Assembly: GCF_009914755.1 (NCBI RefSeq)
Contig: NC_060929.1
Length of the DNA stretch: 64,000 nt
DNA from: the human T2T-CHM13v2.0 reference genome, Homo sapiens
Reading direction: 5' to 3' (one strand)
This document shows positions 30,268 through 45,179 of this stretch, in pieces (positions within the stretch are counted from its first letter, which is position 1; each line of letters opens with the position of its first letter). A program made the translations under genes and the position numbers. The notes below the pieces were generated by a model. It worked only from the letters and a program-made list of their open reading frames with translations. It did not search any database and was not told the origin of the DNA.

Positions 30268-31623
30268 CTTAATTCTTAACTCCACCTGTGAAATCTTACT
30301 TGATCTGGTTATACTAAGAATAATCATCACACCATTCTGTCTCACATTCTAGAAGGCTTTGTAGTGGTAGAACTGTAAACAACATATAAACATTTCTGAA
30401 ATATTTTGGTTGTTTTATCTTCCATAAGCCTCACACAAGCCATATGTATGATCACCCATCTTCTGGGCCATTACCTGATTATTGCTGCTACCACCTCTCT
30501 CGCTTTGGGGAAAGGAGATTCTCTTTCCTTATCAATAGGATTGGATCAGCTCTTCTAATTTCATGATGACATGAGTGTTCAGGAATGATGGAAGATAAAT
30601 GTAACCCTGAGAAAATGTTGTAACTACTGCATTTTACAAGTCCATATCCATCCTAGAAGGTCTTCCAGCCTGCTCTCTGCCCTGCTCCCAAGATGGCCAC
30701 ATGTAGGTCTCTTCTTTCCCATAACCAGAGGGTTATAGGTTATATTATCCTTCAAAGTTTGGGATAAACCAATTTCTCACTCTAAAGAGAACAATGTGTT
30801 TTGATTTTCCCAACCCTAACCCTAGCCTAAAGTCTACCTTCTAATCTTATCTTATTATAAATGTCCCTGGATTGATCTTTCAAGGGATTTTTGCCTACTA
30901 AAAAAAATTACTCTCACTCAAAGAATTGTGGCCTGACAAGAAATCTACAAGAGTATTGGACACAGAGGCCAAAACATCATAAGGTCTGGATTATTCAGGC
31001 TAAAGTAATATCACCTGTGGGTTACCCACAGCCCAGTCCTCAGCTTCAGACAATGCTGGAGTCACTAGTCTTCTGTTTTCTTTCCTCTGCCATTCCTATT
31101 CAAAAATTCTAAAAATTTGGAGTTCCATTTCTCTTAGGAAGACATGAGTACATTAGTACAGTAACATATTTATTTCTACTTCCTTGAAATTTTATTGAGA
31201 AATCCATCATTTTCCAAACTTTTCTTTCTATTGTTGTAAAACAGGGATGAATGGCCATGAGCACTTCATTGCCTCATCTCAGGTGACACTTTTTTGCCCT
31301 TTGAAAAGCCTATAATATACTTTATAATGTAGTTTAACTTTTCCACTTTACCTCATGTAAACAAACTGATTTTCCAACTTATCAATACAGTATGAACATT
31401 TCTCCAAGTCAATTAACAAAAAGAGGAAATATCACTTTAAATGAATGCACAATTTCTCTATATAGAGAAAAATAACACGTGTGCATATATGCATGTGTAA
31501 ATATATGTATAAGACTAAATTCTACAAGTTTTTAAACTATCTTTTTACTGATGGAGACTCATCATGGTTTTTTTCCCCCTGTACTACAAACAAAGTTGCC
31601 ATAAACATTCTAACATTCTGGAG

Positions 31624-31942
31624 TACGGTATCCCTTATATGAAATGCTTGGGACCAAAAATTGTGTAGATTTTGGATTTTTTCAGATTATGAAATATTTT
31701 CATATCATAATGTGATAGGAATGAGACCCAAGTCTAAATTTCTTTACGTTCCCTACATACAGTGTACATGTAGCCTGAAGGTAATTTTATGCATTTGTAA
31801 AATTTTGTGTAAGAAACAAAATTTTGACTGTCTTTTGGCTGTCACCAGTCATATAAGGTCATATGTGAAATTTTTCACCTGTGGCATCATATCAGTGCTC
31901 AAAATGTTTCCAATTTTGAAGCATTTCAGATTTCAGATTTTT
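31624..31942. mobile_element. Tigger4a/MER46-like MITE with one end missing
   Basis: TATCCCTTATATGAAATGCTTGGGACCA...GCATTTCAGATTTCAGATTTTT. Confidence 0.7.
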
Positions 31943-34823
31943 TAGTTGACCTTGGAACAACATGGGTTTAAACTGTGCAGGTCTGCTTACACTCATATTT
32001 TTTTAAAAAATAAATATATCAGAAAAAGTTTTGGAGAATTGCAATTGAAAAAACTAGCAGACTAACTGCATAGCCTAGAAATATAAAAAAAAATTAAGAA
32101 AAAGCTATGTACATCATGAATGCATAAAGTATATGTATATATTAATCTATTTTATCATTTATTACTATAAAATATACACAAATCTATTACAAAAAGTTAA
32201 AACTTATCAAAATGTATGCACACAAACCGTACAAGTCACCATTTGCAGTCAAGAGAAACATAAACAAACATAAAGATGCTGTATTAAACCACAACTGCAT
32301 ACAATTAACTGTAGCACATACTGTACTACCCGAATAATTATTTTTATTTTATTTTTATAAATGTGCTAGGTACAAGCGTACTTTTATTATGTGGTTGTTT
32401 TGTTATTTGGATATATTGCTAGTGGTGAACTCTGAGATTTTACTGTACTCATCACCCCAATAGTGAACATCGTACCCAATAATAATTTTTCAACCCTCAC
32501 TCCCCTCCAACCCTGGCATCTTTTGGAATATTCTTCAATGTCTACTTTCCAGTGTATGTACTATTATAATAATTTTGTAGCCACCCCCTGTTGCTACTGT
32601 GGTGAGCTCCTGTTGCCAGTATCTGCCATGAACACTTGGTCTCTTCAGTAAATTCTGTATCTAAGTAAATAGTGTGTTCTCTCACAGTTCTCTTTTCATT
32701 GTGCTTAGTGTAATACTATAAATCTTGAATAACACCATGAGACCAATACAAAGTGCCACAAGTGATGCTCGGAGTGCTCCCAAGAAGCAGAGAAAAGTTG
32801 TGACATTATGAGAAAAAGTTAGATTGCTTCCTATAGATTGAGGTCTGCAGCTGCCTGCCATTTCAAAATAAATGAATACAGTGTAAGGTCCCTTAAAAAA
32901 AGGGGGGGAAATTCATAAGGCCCTCATTTCATGCCAACAGACATGAAAACCTTGTCTTTTCTTATCTCATGTTCAAAATGCAGCTTTTATGTGGGTACAG
33001 AATTGCTATAAGAAAGACATACCTATAGACTCTTATTTGATTCAAGAAATAGCGAAGTCATTATTTGACAACTTAAAGTAAAAGGAAGGTGAAAGATCTA
33101 AAGCTGGAGAATTTAATGCCAGCAAAGGATGATTTGATAATTTTAGAAAGTGGTTTGGTTTTAAAAATGTCAGGATAATGGGAGTAGCAACTTCTGCCAA
33201 CCAAGAGCCAGCAAGTGAATTCTCAAATGCCATTAAGAAAAACATTGAGGAGAAAGGATATCTGCCTGAACAGGTATTAATGCAGCTGAAAGTGCCCTAT
33301 TCTGGGGTGGGGGGGAGGGGGAAGCCCCAAAGGACATTTATTCATAAGGAGGAGAAGCAAGCACCAAGATTTAAGGCAGGAAGGGATAGGCTAACTCTAC
33401 TGCTTTGTGCAAATGTAGTCGGGTTTATGATCAGGGCTGCCCTTAACTATAAAGCTGCTATCCCCTGAGTCTTGAGAGGGAAAAGAGAAACACTAGTTTC
33501 CAGTCTTTTGGTTGTACAACAAGAAGGCCTGGACTATGAGAATGCTTTTTCTGGATTGGTTCCATCAGCGCTTTGTCCCTGAAGTCAGAAGTACCTTGAC
33601 AGTAAGGGACTGCTTTTTAAAGTATTTTTGTTGTTGTTGTTTAATTGGAAAATGCCCCCTGGCCACCCAGAACCCCGTGAGTCCAACACCAAAGGCACCG
33701 AAGTGGTCTCCTTTTCCCCCAAACACATCTCTAATTCAGCCTCTAGATAAGGGAGTCACAAGGACCTTTAAGGCTCTGCACATGGCACTCTATGGAAAGG
33801 TTTGTCAACACTACAAAAGAGAACTCCAATAGAGAGAACATCATGGAAGTCTGGAAGGCTTACACCTTTGAAGATGTCATCAGGTGATATAGAAAAAGTC
33901 ATGAAAACCATGAAACTCAAAACAATAAGTTCCCGCTGGACAGAAGTACAATTTGTGTCCAGATGTTGTGCATAACTACAGAATTATGACAAACCCAATT
34001 AAGAAAAAACCCTGGAAAGAAGTATGGATATGAAGGGAAAAAAAGGTGTGGAGTGAAGGGTTGCAAGATATGGATCTCAGAGGAAGTTAAGAGCTAATAG
34101 ACACCACACCAGAGGAATTAACAAAAGATGACTTGATGGAGATGAGTACTTCCTAACCAGTGCCAGATAATGAGGAAGAAGACATAGGAAAAGCAGTGCC
34201 AGAAAACAAATTGGCATTCAACAATCTGGCAAAAGGGTTTTGATTATTCAAGACTACTTTTGACTTCTTTTATGACATAGACCCTTCCATGATACAGGAA
34301 CTGAAACTAAGGCAAATGGTGGAAGACGGATGGGTACTACACCGAAATGTTTTTAGAGAAATGAAAAAGCAAAATAGACAGAAATAATGATGTATTTTTG
34401 TAAAGTTTCACCAAGTGTGCTTGCCTTTTCTGCTTCCCCTTCCATCCCGTCCCCCTCTTCCACTTCTGCTACCCTAAGACAGAAGGACCAGCTCCTCCTC
34501 CTCCTCTGCCTACTCAACATGAAGACAACAATAATGAAGACCTTTAGGATGATCCACTTCCACTTAATGAATGGGTCATATATTTTTCTCTTCCTTACAA
34601 TTTTCTTGATTATGATTTCTTTTCTGTAGCTTAGTTTATTGTAAGAATACAGTATATAATACACATAACATGCAAAATATATCTTAAATGTAACACGTTA
34701 TCAATAAGCCTTCTGGTCAACAATAGGTTATTCATAGTTTGGGCGGAGTCAAAAGTTGTATGCGGATTTTTCACTGTGTGGGAGGCCAGCTCCCCTAACC
34801 CTATGTTGTTCAAGGGGCAACAA
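31943..34823 (+). mobile_element. Near full-length Tigger3 (Golem) DNA transposon with decayed pogo-type transposase
   Basis: TIRs TAGTTGACCTTGGAACAACA and TGTTGTTCAAGGGGCAACAA(TA); transposase relics from ATG 32737 (SAPKKQRKVVTL*), EEKGYLPEQV and FKAGRDRLTLLLCAN. Confidence 0.88.
32340..32556 (-). mobile_element. Short L1 (L1PB4/L1PA17-like) 3' fragment inserted in Tigger3
   Basis: T-rich tail and CATCACCCCAATAGTGAACATCGTACCCAAT; degenerate TSD TGTACTA....AATAATT on both sides. Confidence 0.7.
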
Positions 34824-35142
34824 TATTCTTTCCCGCGGGTGCTTTACTTTCCACAAATTCAAGTCCCAAAAGTAGAACTGCAAGTTCAAAAGGATTTTTA
34901 AAAAAATACTGCCAGATTACATAAAGTTTCCAATTTACATTCTCACTACCAATGTACAATGTTGGCATCCCTGAATCCTTATCAGCAATGAATTTTTAAA
35001 TATACTATAAGGGATGAAAAAATATTTTTTTAAGTTTGAAATTCCCTGATCACTAATGAAGTTAAGCATCAATATTATTCCTTTAATATGCAAATGCTGA
35101 AAATACATTTAACTATAATAGATGTCAAAAATCTGTAAATCA

Positions 35143-35293
35143 GGCCAGGTGTGGTAGGCACTCACCTGTAGTCCCAGCCACTGGGAGACTTGAGTCCAGG
35201 AGTTCAAGACTGTAGTATGCAATGATCAAGCCTGTGAATAGCCACTGCACTCCAGAGTGGACAACATAGCAAGATTCCCATCTCTTAAAAAAA
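35143..35293 (+). mobile_element. FAM-like fossil Alu monomer
   Basis: 7SL-type 3' end GCCTGTGAATAGCCACTGCACTCCAG followed by an A tail. Confidence 0.75.
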
Positions 35294-35369
35294 AGAGTCT
35301 TATAAGACAAAGGTCCTTGTAAATTAAGAGAAGCCAAAACAGTCACTGTGCCTGCAGAATATTTTAAAT

Positions 35370-37105
<1,736 letters not shown>

Positions 37106-37719
37106 ATTTCAAATATTATTTTAAAACAATGAGATATTGAAACATACATTGGAGCAAATTCTTCACTCTTAAATCCTTTCAGCACAGAGACGATCAACTG
37201 ACTGTCTGGGTGCTACATGAGCACTATTGGAGTCTCTTTCATCTGCCTGAGTCTGTGCAACAATATGAAATTATAATTTTACTATGCACCTAAAGTTTCC
37301 TCAATATATTGAATTATTACAGAATTTGATGAGTCAAATTTTGTAAATTCAGTTACCTTTTTCCACTACTCTAGGACTCATATACTATCTGGCCTAAGGG
37401 TTAAAGGTCCACAATTGAATGAGCCAAACTTGTTAATTTGAGGGTAAAGCATGTCAAGAAATCTGGCCTTAATGTCCAATGAACTTATATCATATTAAGT
37501 AGCTGGATAGAAACATGCATTCCAAAGTGGATACTATTTATCACGCTCAGTGCTCTATTCTTGAGAGTAAATCCCATGATAGGGTGGATGCTTTAATTGT
37601 GTAGTAAATAGTATTAGGTGTAATATCAAAACCACTAAGGGAACACTGATGATGTGAATAGGAACACTACCTGTGGATCTGGGAATTTTCTATAGAAATC
37701 CTATCTCTTTCAATTGCCT

Positions 37720-37880
37720 GTTTAGTGGGCAAGTTGTTTCAGTTCCTATAATATCTAAATTGGAGAAAATCACACCACCTACTTCTTCAGGTGTTATGAT
37801 AATTATGAGTGATGACATCTTTTTAAGTGCTTAACACAATTCCTCACACATAGAAAGCAATAATAAACATTGGCTAGCAT
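37720..37880 (+). mobile_element. MIR fragment
   Basis: GGGCAAGTTGTTT...CACCTACTTC...AAGTGCTTAACACAATTCCTCACACATAG. Confidence 0.6.
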
Positions 37881-38185
37881 TGTAAGGATGTTTATTGTCT
37901 TCTAATGTGTTTTCATACGTTTTCTCTCTGGGATCTTGAGTGAAACATGTGGATCTAGAACAAGAACAAAATGATATTACCTTAATGATCTTTATGTATT
38001 TACACTCAAGGTGTCTTAAAATATTTTGCTGGCCAACAAAAGACACCTCCTATTCTAACTGGGCATTGTCCTTTTCTTTAAACTATGCAGACAAACAATA
38101 TTATAAAGTGAGAACATCAGCATAAAAAACATAAACATAAATCTTAATAGTGAGTTCATGAAAATTCTTACTGACGAAATGGCAG

Positions 38186-38541
38186 TGTCACAGACTGAAT
38201 GTTTATGTCCCCCCGAATTTGTATATTGAAATCCTAACCCCCAGGGTATTCGTGTTAGGAGGTAGAGCCTTGGGGAGGTGATTAGGTCATGAGGACAAGA
38301 TTCTCGTGAATGGGATTTGTGCCCTTATAAAAGAGATCCCAGAGAGCTCATTGGCCCCTTCCAAAGTATGGGGATATAGCAGGAAGTTGCCATCTATGAG
38401 CCAGAAGGGTGGACCTCACCCCAGATGATAAATGTGCCTTGATATTGGACTTCCCAGCCTGCATAACTGTAAGAAATTTCTGTTGTTTATAAGTTACTCA
38501 GCTTATGGTATTTTGTTACAGTAGCCTACACAGACTAAGAC
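38186..38541 (+). mobile_element. MLT1A-like MaLR solo LTR
   Basis: ACTGAATGTTTATGTCCCCCC...CCCTTATAAAAGAG...CAGACTAAGAC. Confidence 0.8.
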
Positions 38542-40476
38542 GAGTAGCATTTTGAGGATTGAAATTTCTTCATAAATGAATACAGTATGCCCTGTTAAAC
38601 CATATTCTCAGCTAACCCCATTTACTCACTGTTCCTCTTTATTTTAGTTTCACATTTTTGCTATTTATCTCTGTAATTTTATTCATTCTTCACAATTTGC
38701 CATTCTTATACTTCGAATCATGTTATCAGTTTAAAATACCTCCATCAAATGATAGTCTGCATTTGTTTATCCTTGGCTGATTCAAAACACTTGGCATAAT
38801 TTCCTTTAAATCATCTTCCTCCCATCTCACAACACTGTATTATTTTCAATTAATTTCCAATAAACTCTTAATTGTCCATGCTCTGTCAGAGTTGGCAGAG
38901 TTAATCCCTGTTTAAGCTGATAGGTTCAACTTCTTCAACAAACAAATCTTTCATGAAAGCTGCTGACAAGCCAGAGTATTAATTAAATCTAGTTTTGTTG
39001 CTTCTCACTTTCCTTTATCTTTCTCTCTTGTTCTTCGGGAAACAGTCACAGAGTTCTGGTGCTAATAAATACTATAAAAAGTAGGGAATACAGTCTAACG
39101 AAGCAGAATATTCTCTTTAAAGTTGATGTGGTGCTTTTTGTGCACCAAGCATTGGCTCAAACGCCCAAAAATTAGGCAGCAAAACTTCCTAAGCTCATCT
39201 TCAACCATAAGGCAGAAAAGCCAAATGTATCTGAAAATATAATATCACTGGTACCTTATACCAGCACTAAGAATAAGAAAACCCTGGAAAGTGGCTCGAG
39301 TACAATATTTTTCTATTGGAATTAATTTTTCAAAATGGAAAGGACTTCATTGTTATTTTTATTATAAAATTAGTATATGTTTATTATTAAAAATAAGTAC
39401 AAAAATATCTAAAAGAAAAAGGGAAAAACTACCAGCAGTTCCACATTCCAGAGATCATCACTGTTAGCATTTAGGTATACAAATATCCAAACACTTTTCC
39501 TATCAATACAATTAATTTTTAAATTTGATCATTATGCAATGTACACATGCACTAAAACATCACACTGCACCCCATAAACACGTGCAATTATTATGTCAAT
39601 TAAAAACAAAATAAAAACATTTTACAAAAAATCATGTTATTTTTAATAACTTGTTTTTCTAATTGTATATATCACAAAATAAATGTCTTTACATGACATT
39701 TATTTTATGATAATAACTAATTTATTCATTTAAACAGCAAGGTACATTTCATTCTACAGATATACTATATAATATTTACTCTGATCTCTGGATGAGAATT
39801 TATGTTGCCTGTAAATATTGTATCACAAACATAAGAATATTCTCTAAAAGGTTTTTTTCCTGTATTATTATTCGGGTAGAAAAATTACTAGAAATAGAAT
39901 AACTGGGTCAAAGATTAAAAACAATTTAAACTTCAATATATAGAATCAAATTATTCTCCAAAATGTCGTACTGTACGGTATTTGAATTTTGATTTTTTTC
40001 TCCATTTTCCCTACTGCCAATAACTTTAATCTTTGTCGATCGATGAGACAAAAAAGACAAATAATGCAATACTATACATAGGGAGATTAATAGGTAGAAA
40101 AAGAAATGCAAATGGCCAGGATTAACAGAAGATGTTCAACATCAATCCAATCAAAGTAATGAGTCTTTAAAATGCAATAGCAGTCAATGTTAGCAAGATT
40201 GTAGGTATTAGACATTCTCATAGGAATATAAACTAGGGCCATGTTTTAGGATCATATTAGGTCACAGCAATTAAAAAATGTTAAATTCATATGCTCTATA
40301 GCAACTTCGCGGGTTGGAATTTATCACATGGAGAATCTTGTAAAATACATAAACCAAGATATGTTATTAATGTTATTCGTAGCCTATTGTTTAAATAAAA
40401 AATATATTTACACAATACAGTTTTTAAAAGTAAGAATATCTTGAAGGTAAATTAGTAAACAAAAATAGAAAGCCTA

Positions 40477-40610
40477 GGCCAGGCGAGACTTTATCTCATG
40501 CTTGTAATCCCAACACTTTTGTAGACTGAGGCAGGAGGATTGCTTGAGCCCAGAAGTCTGAGACCAACCTGGACAACACAGTGAGACCTCGTCTCTAGAA
40601 AAAAAAAAAA
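40477..40610 (+). mobile_element. FLAM/Alu left monomer
   Basis: Monomer with TSD AAAAATA(G/C)AAAGC(C/G)TA. Confidence 0.8.
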
Positions 40611-42008
40611 TACAAAGCGTAGTTCTGAACATCATTTTGTGTAATACTAAAAGATAAAATTTTATTTTCTAACTTGTTTAAGATCTATATTCTATGTGGG
40701 GGATGTGTATTAAGGTCATTTTTAAAAAGATACTCAAGAAATTGTCAACAGTGATTATCTTAAGGAGAGATTCTAGATGTCTGGGGGTAAGAAACTAGAG
40801 GAAGGAGAATTTTATATTTCATTTTTACCTTTATTTAATTTTTTGATTTTCTTACTGGGTGCATGAATTATATTTTATGTCAGCATGTTTTATCAGATAA
40901 ATAAAATTATGAGCTATTTCTGTTTCCTCTCATTTGTTTTATGTTTAAATAAAGGAAAATGAGGTATGTCTTTTTAAAATTTGATAATCTTGAGTCCATG
41001 ATTATTATGAAAGCCCTCTGTTATCTGTTTACTTCCTTTCACAATGACTGTTTATGTTGTAGAATCATTAATTTCTCAAGACAAATGTCTTAGAAGGTAG
41101 ATACAAAACATGGTATACATTTTTTGATTCAAGCTAATTTCATGTTATGAACAAAATTACATAATGTAATTTCTAAGACCTTTCTGAGATCTATCAATCC
41201 ACTAGGTTAAATAGCAGAAATCACTTCCAAAACAAATCCTTTTGCAGTCAGCAAAATGAAACAATTATGTGAATAAGTTTTTCCACTTGGCCTATTTTTC
41301 TGTCCATGGTTATTAATCAGTCTCACTGACTACATTTTCCATTTTACATCCCCTTTCAGGCACTACTCCAGGTGGCCAAGCATATCACATTATGTAAATT
41401 AAATAAAACAAAATCTTTTCCCATCGAGCAAATGGATATACTTCACCTCTAATGCTTCCAGTCTTTCTCAGATCATTCAAAAAGCGTGATATCGTTTCCA
41501 TAAAAGGACGTTCATCCCATTTGACTAACTGGAATTTCTTTAAGTAAAATTTTACTCCAGCTAATCTTTACCAAATAGCTGAATTAATTCAAGTTGACAC
41601 CCTGTTATCTACCAGCTCTTCCAGCCCTTTTGCTTGATTGTTTTGTCATTTTGCCTTTTCTTCTCTTCTAAAGTGTGAGTATGGAGATTGACCCTTCTGA
41701 AACAGCTGTGTCACATCATGATCCTTGAGGATACCAGCTCTTAACTGGCTGCATATCAAAATCACTGTTTTCTTTTACCAATACACTAGACACACTCAAG
41801 CAGAGATTTTGGATTCTGATTTAATTGACACAGAGTAGGGCCTGGGCATTTTTAAAGCTCACCACATGATTCTATTGTGCCTCATCTATCCTAGCCCTTA
41901 AGCAGGACCAAACATTTCTTCTAACTTAATTATTATTCTCTTAAACGTAGTCCAATTCCTTACAACTGATAGATTTCTATATGCTCATCTGCCTTGAGTG
42001 ATGACAAT

Positions 42009-42372
42009 TGAATGGTTTGGCTCTGTGTCCACACCCAATCTCATCTTGTAGCTCCCATAATTCCCACATGTTGTGGGAGGGGCCCAGTGGGAGATAATTG
42101 AATCATGAGGATGGGTCTTTCCTGTGCTGTTCTTGTGTTAGTGAGTAAGTCTCATGAGATCTGATCATTTTTAAAATGGAAGCTTCCCTGCACAAGCTCT
42201 CTCTTTGCCTGCTGCCATCCATGTAAGATGTAACTTGCTCCTCTTTGTCCTCCACCATGATTGTAAGGCCTCCCCACCCATGTGGAATTGTACGTCCATT
42301 AAACCTCTTTCTTTTGTAAATTGCCCAGTCTCAGGTATGTCTTTATCAGCAGCATGAAAACAGATGAATACA
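42009..42372 (+). mobile_element. THE1 (THE1B/C-like) MaLR solo LTR
   Basis: TGAATGGTTTGGCTCTGTGTCC...CAGCAGCATGAAAACAGATGAATACA; 5-bp TSD ACAAT at 42004-42008 and 42373-42377. Confidence 0.92.
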
Positions 42373-42609
42373 ACAATACTGTAACAAATCTACTCACATC
42401 TTTACTCTTTATAGGAATTGCAGTGCTAAAACATTAGTGGGTCTTAATTCTAAGAGAGTTAAAAAATATTAATGCTTGTCCCACCCCTAAAGTCTAGGGT
42501 GTGACCTGAGCATTAGGTTATTTTAAACTTTTCTCAGGTAATAAACATGTGCAGCCAAGGTTTAGAACCACTCTATGGGGCCAAGATATGTAAGAAAATT
42601 CAAATCCTT

Positions 42610-42767
42610 TAGCTGGGCATGGTGGCACGCACCTGTAGCCCCAGGTACTCTGGAAGCTGAGGTGGGAGGATTGCTTGAGCCCAGGAGAGAGAGGCTGCAT
42701 TAAGCTATGATCACATCACTGCACTCTAGCCTGGGTGACAAAGCGAGATCATCTCAAAAAAAAAAAA
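42610..42767 (+). mobile_element. Alu right monomer (FRAM/AluJ)
   Basis: TAGCTGGGCATGGTGGCAC...CCTGGGTGACAAAGCGAGATCATCTC followed by an A tail. Confidence 0.85.
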
Positions 42768-42875
42768 GGAGAAAGGAAGAAGAGGAAGGAAGGAAGGAAG
42801 GAAGGAAGGAAGGAAGGAAGGAAGGAAGGAAGGAAGGAAGGGAGGGAGGGAGGGAGAGAGAGAGAAAGAGAGAAA

Positions 42876-42935
<60 letters not shown>

Positions 42936-43095
42936 GGAAAGAAAGAGAGAGAAGAGAAAACAAGAGAGAGGAACAAAGAAAGAGAGAAAGAAGGAAAGAA
43001 AAGAAAAAGGAAGGAAGGAAAGGAAGAAAGAAAAAAGAAAGAAAAAAGAGAAAGAAGAAGAAAAAGAGAAAGAAGAGAGAAAAAGAAAGAAAGAA

Positions 43096-43139
<44 letters not shown>

Positions 43140-43185
43140 AAAAAAAAGAAAAGAGAGAAAGAAAGAAGGAAAAGGAAAGAGAAAA
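42756..43185 (+). repeat. 430-nt polypurine compound microsatellite: (GGAA)n, (GGGA)n, (GA)n, (GAAA)n
   Basis: Only two pyrimidines in the tract (C at 42961 and 42974). Confidence 0.97.
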
Positions 43186-45179
43186 TTGAAGTCCTGCCTT
43201 GTCAAATGTACTACTCCATTTTCCCTAAGGGATCCCAAGGGAAACTTAACTACAGGATAAAGTCAGACAAAAGGACATAAATTACAACTCTAGGTGCACA
43301 TATTATTTTGTTTCTGAAATTGGTTTTAAAATATCTATGTCAGAGTTCATTTCTAGAACTTTATCTCTAGAAAACATATTTTCACTTCTCAATACAGGAA
43401 AATGGAGATTGGAAAAATGAGGTTGGAAAATGATTTCCATGCTTATCTCTCAGCTTCTTTTTTCAACTTCCCTTTTTTCATCTCCATATCTTCACTGATA
43501 CCTAAGAATCTCTGTTACATCACAGTCTTCAAGAGCTTTGATCGCAGCGAATTAGTTAAGACATTAGCTTTCAAAAGCATATGATATTCTCTCACAAGCA
43601 TGTGTCTACTTTTAATAGGGCAAGCTATGTAAAGATTTTAAATCTCATTCCAGAGATACCACATCTACTCTACCTATTTATGAGAACAGTCATGTCTCTA
43701 GACCAAGATAGAAATTCATAGTTAGGAAATAAATCCCTGTAGGGTTTTCCCACAGTCCCAATATGTCCCCTACTATCCTGATTTTAGCAACAAAAATTCC
43801 CCATCCAGAAAATCCTTCATTCCTAAGTTGAAAGATTGGTCACCCTATTTCTATCTGTGTCTCTTTCTTTCATAATTGGCTCATAATCATAGCAGTCACA
43901 ATTTTGAAACATTTTATTTTACTGAATTACTCATTGCTGTTTTCTCATTTTTTAAATAATAAACACTTCTTAAGAAACATTGGAAATATACCGAAAATAG
44001 TAAACAATAAAACAGAAACCATTGGCAGAAACAGTCACTATTAAAATCTTACTATACTCCCTTCCAATGTTATTTCTGTTAATGCAAATTTAAAAATCAG
44101 AGATTCGCCTCTGTGAACTAGATTTCTTTTTACCTTTAGATATTATTTGACAAATATATAGCTCAATCATCTATCCAAACTTCTCTTTTACAGACTCCAT
44201 GCCAATTAACCTTCTCCTATGAAACTATCATTTCTTCACATAGGATAAATATGGTTATTGACACACAAGCTTTCTTAGTTGCATTGCGATCCAGATGTGC
44301 ATCCCTAAATTTATACCACTTGGATTTAGAACGATCATTAATAAAGAGGCTTGGTCTTATCTCTTGCAATTTGCTTCTTCCTTCTTAAATTCAGTTCTTG
44401 TAATGTAACTATAATTTTGGGGTATCTTTTTGCCTCATATTCAAATTCTCTTTCAAACTGAGGTACATTTCTATATTTCTGTATTTGTATATTGTATATA
44501 ATAGTATAGAAAACAATAATGAGATTACAGTGTTTGTAGAAGTTTTGAAGTATAAATATTTAATATATAAATATATTAAATATGTATAAAATATCTGATT
44601 AGTAATAAGATAATAATGTATCTACCGCCAAGTTTTAAAACTAGGACTTTGAAATATCAGCAAAGTCCACCTGCTTTGACCAGCATCTCTTCTCCCTGCC
44701 TGCTTTAATCATGTCTTGGGTCCTGATAAATTTGCCCCCACATCCCTCCCAAATTACTCTCCAACTCTGTTCTATGTTTCAGGAAAATAACATTTATTTT
44801 CCAGTCTCCTTTGCCCTCCATTTTCCCAGTAAGCTATCCAGTGAGAGATGCCGTAAAAGCCTGCCTCTTCTCTGTAGGGCTACTTCCCACCAGATAGCCC
44901 CTCCCGCCATGGACCCAATTCCCATTATCTCTAGCAACCTGCCTGAAGTTCTGGCCTCTTGGCTCTGGTAACAGCACCTTCTCCCATTATCGTTCTAGTC
45001 CTAGGGGCAGTACTGGTTTCTTGCTCTTGAGCTGCTGACTCACCAAGCCTGATTTGGCTTCCATCACTTGTGTAATCAGTCACCTGTATTAAATCAACTC
45101 TGCTTGAAAGTCCAAGAATAGTTTCTGATTTATAAGCAAACACTGAAAGCTCTTCTATTTCTTGTTTGTTAAGCAAGAT

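Noticed and set aside
30809-30830. Telomere-like CCCAACCCTAACCCTAGCCTAA
   Set aside because: Only one perfect CCCTAA among 3-4 degenerate units; compatible with chance.
32737-34400. Possible domesticated TIGD/CENP-B-like transposase gene
   Set aside because: Early stop (VVTL*), multiple frameshifts and flanking TIRs indicate an ordinary dead Tigger3.
42707-43280. 160-181 aa K/E/R-rich and F/L/S-rich ORFs
   Set aside because: Artefacts of the polypurine microsatellite, which cannot contain stop codons on either strand.
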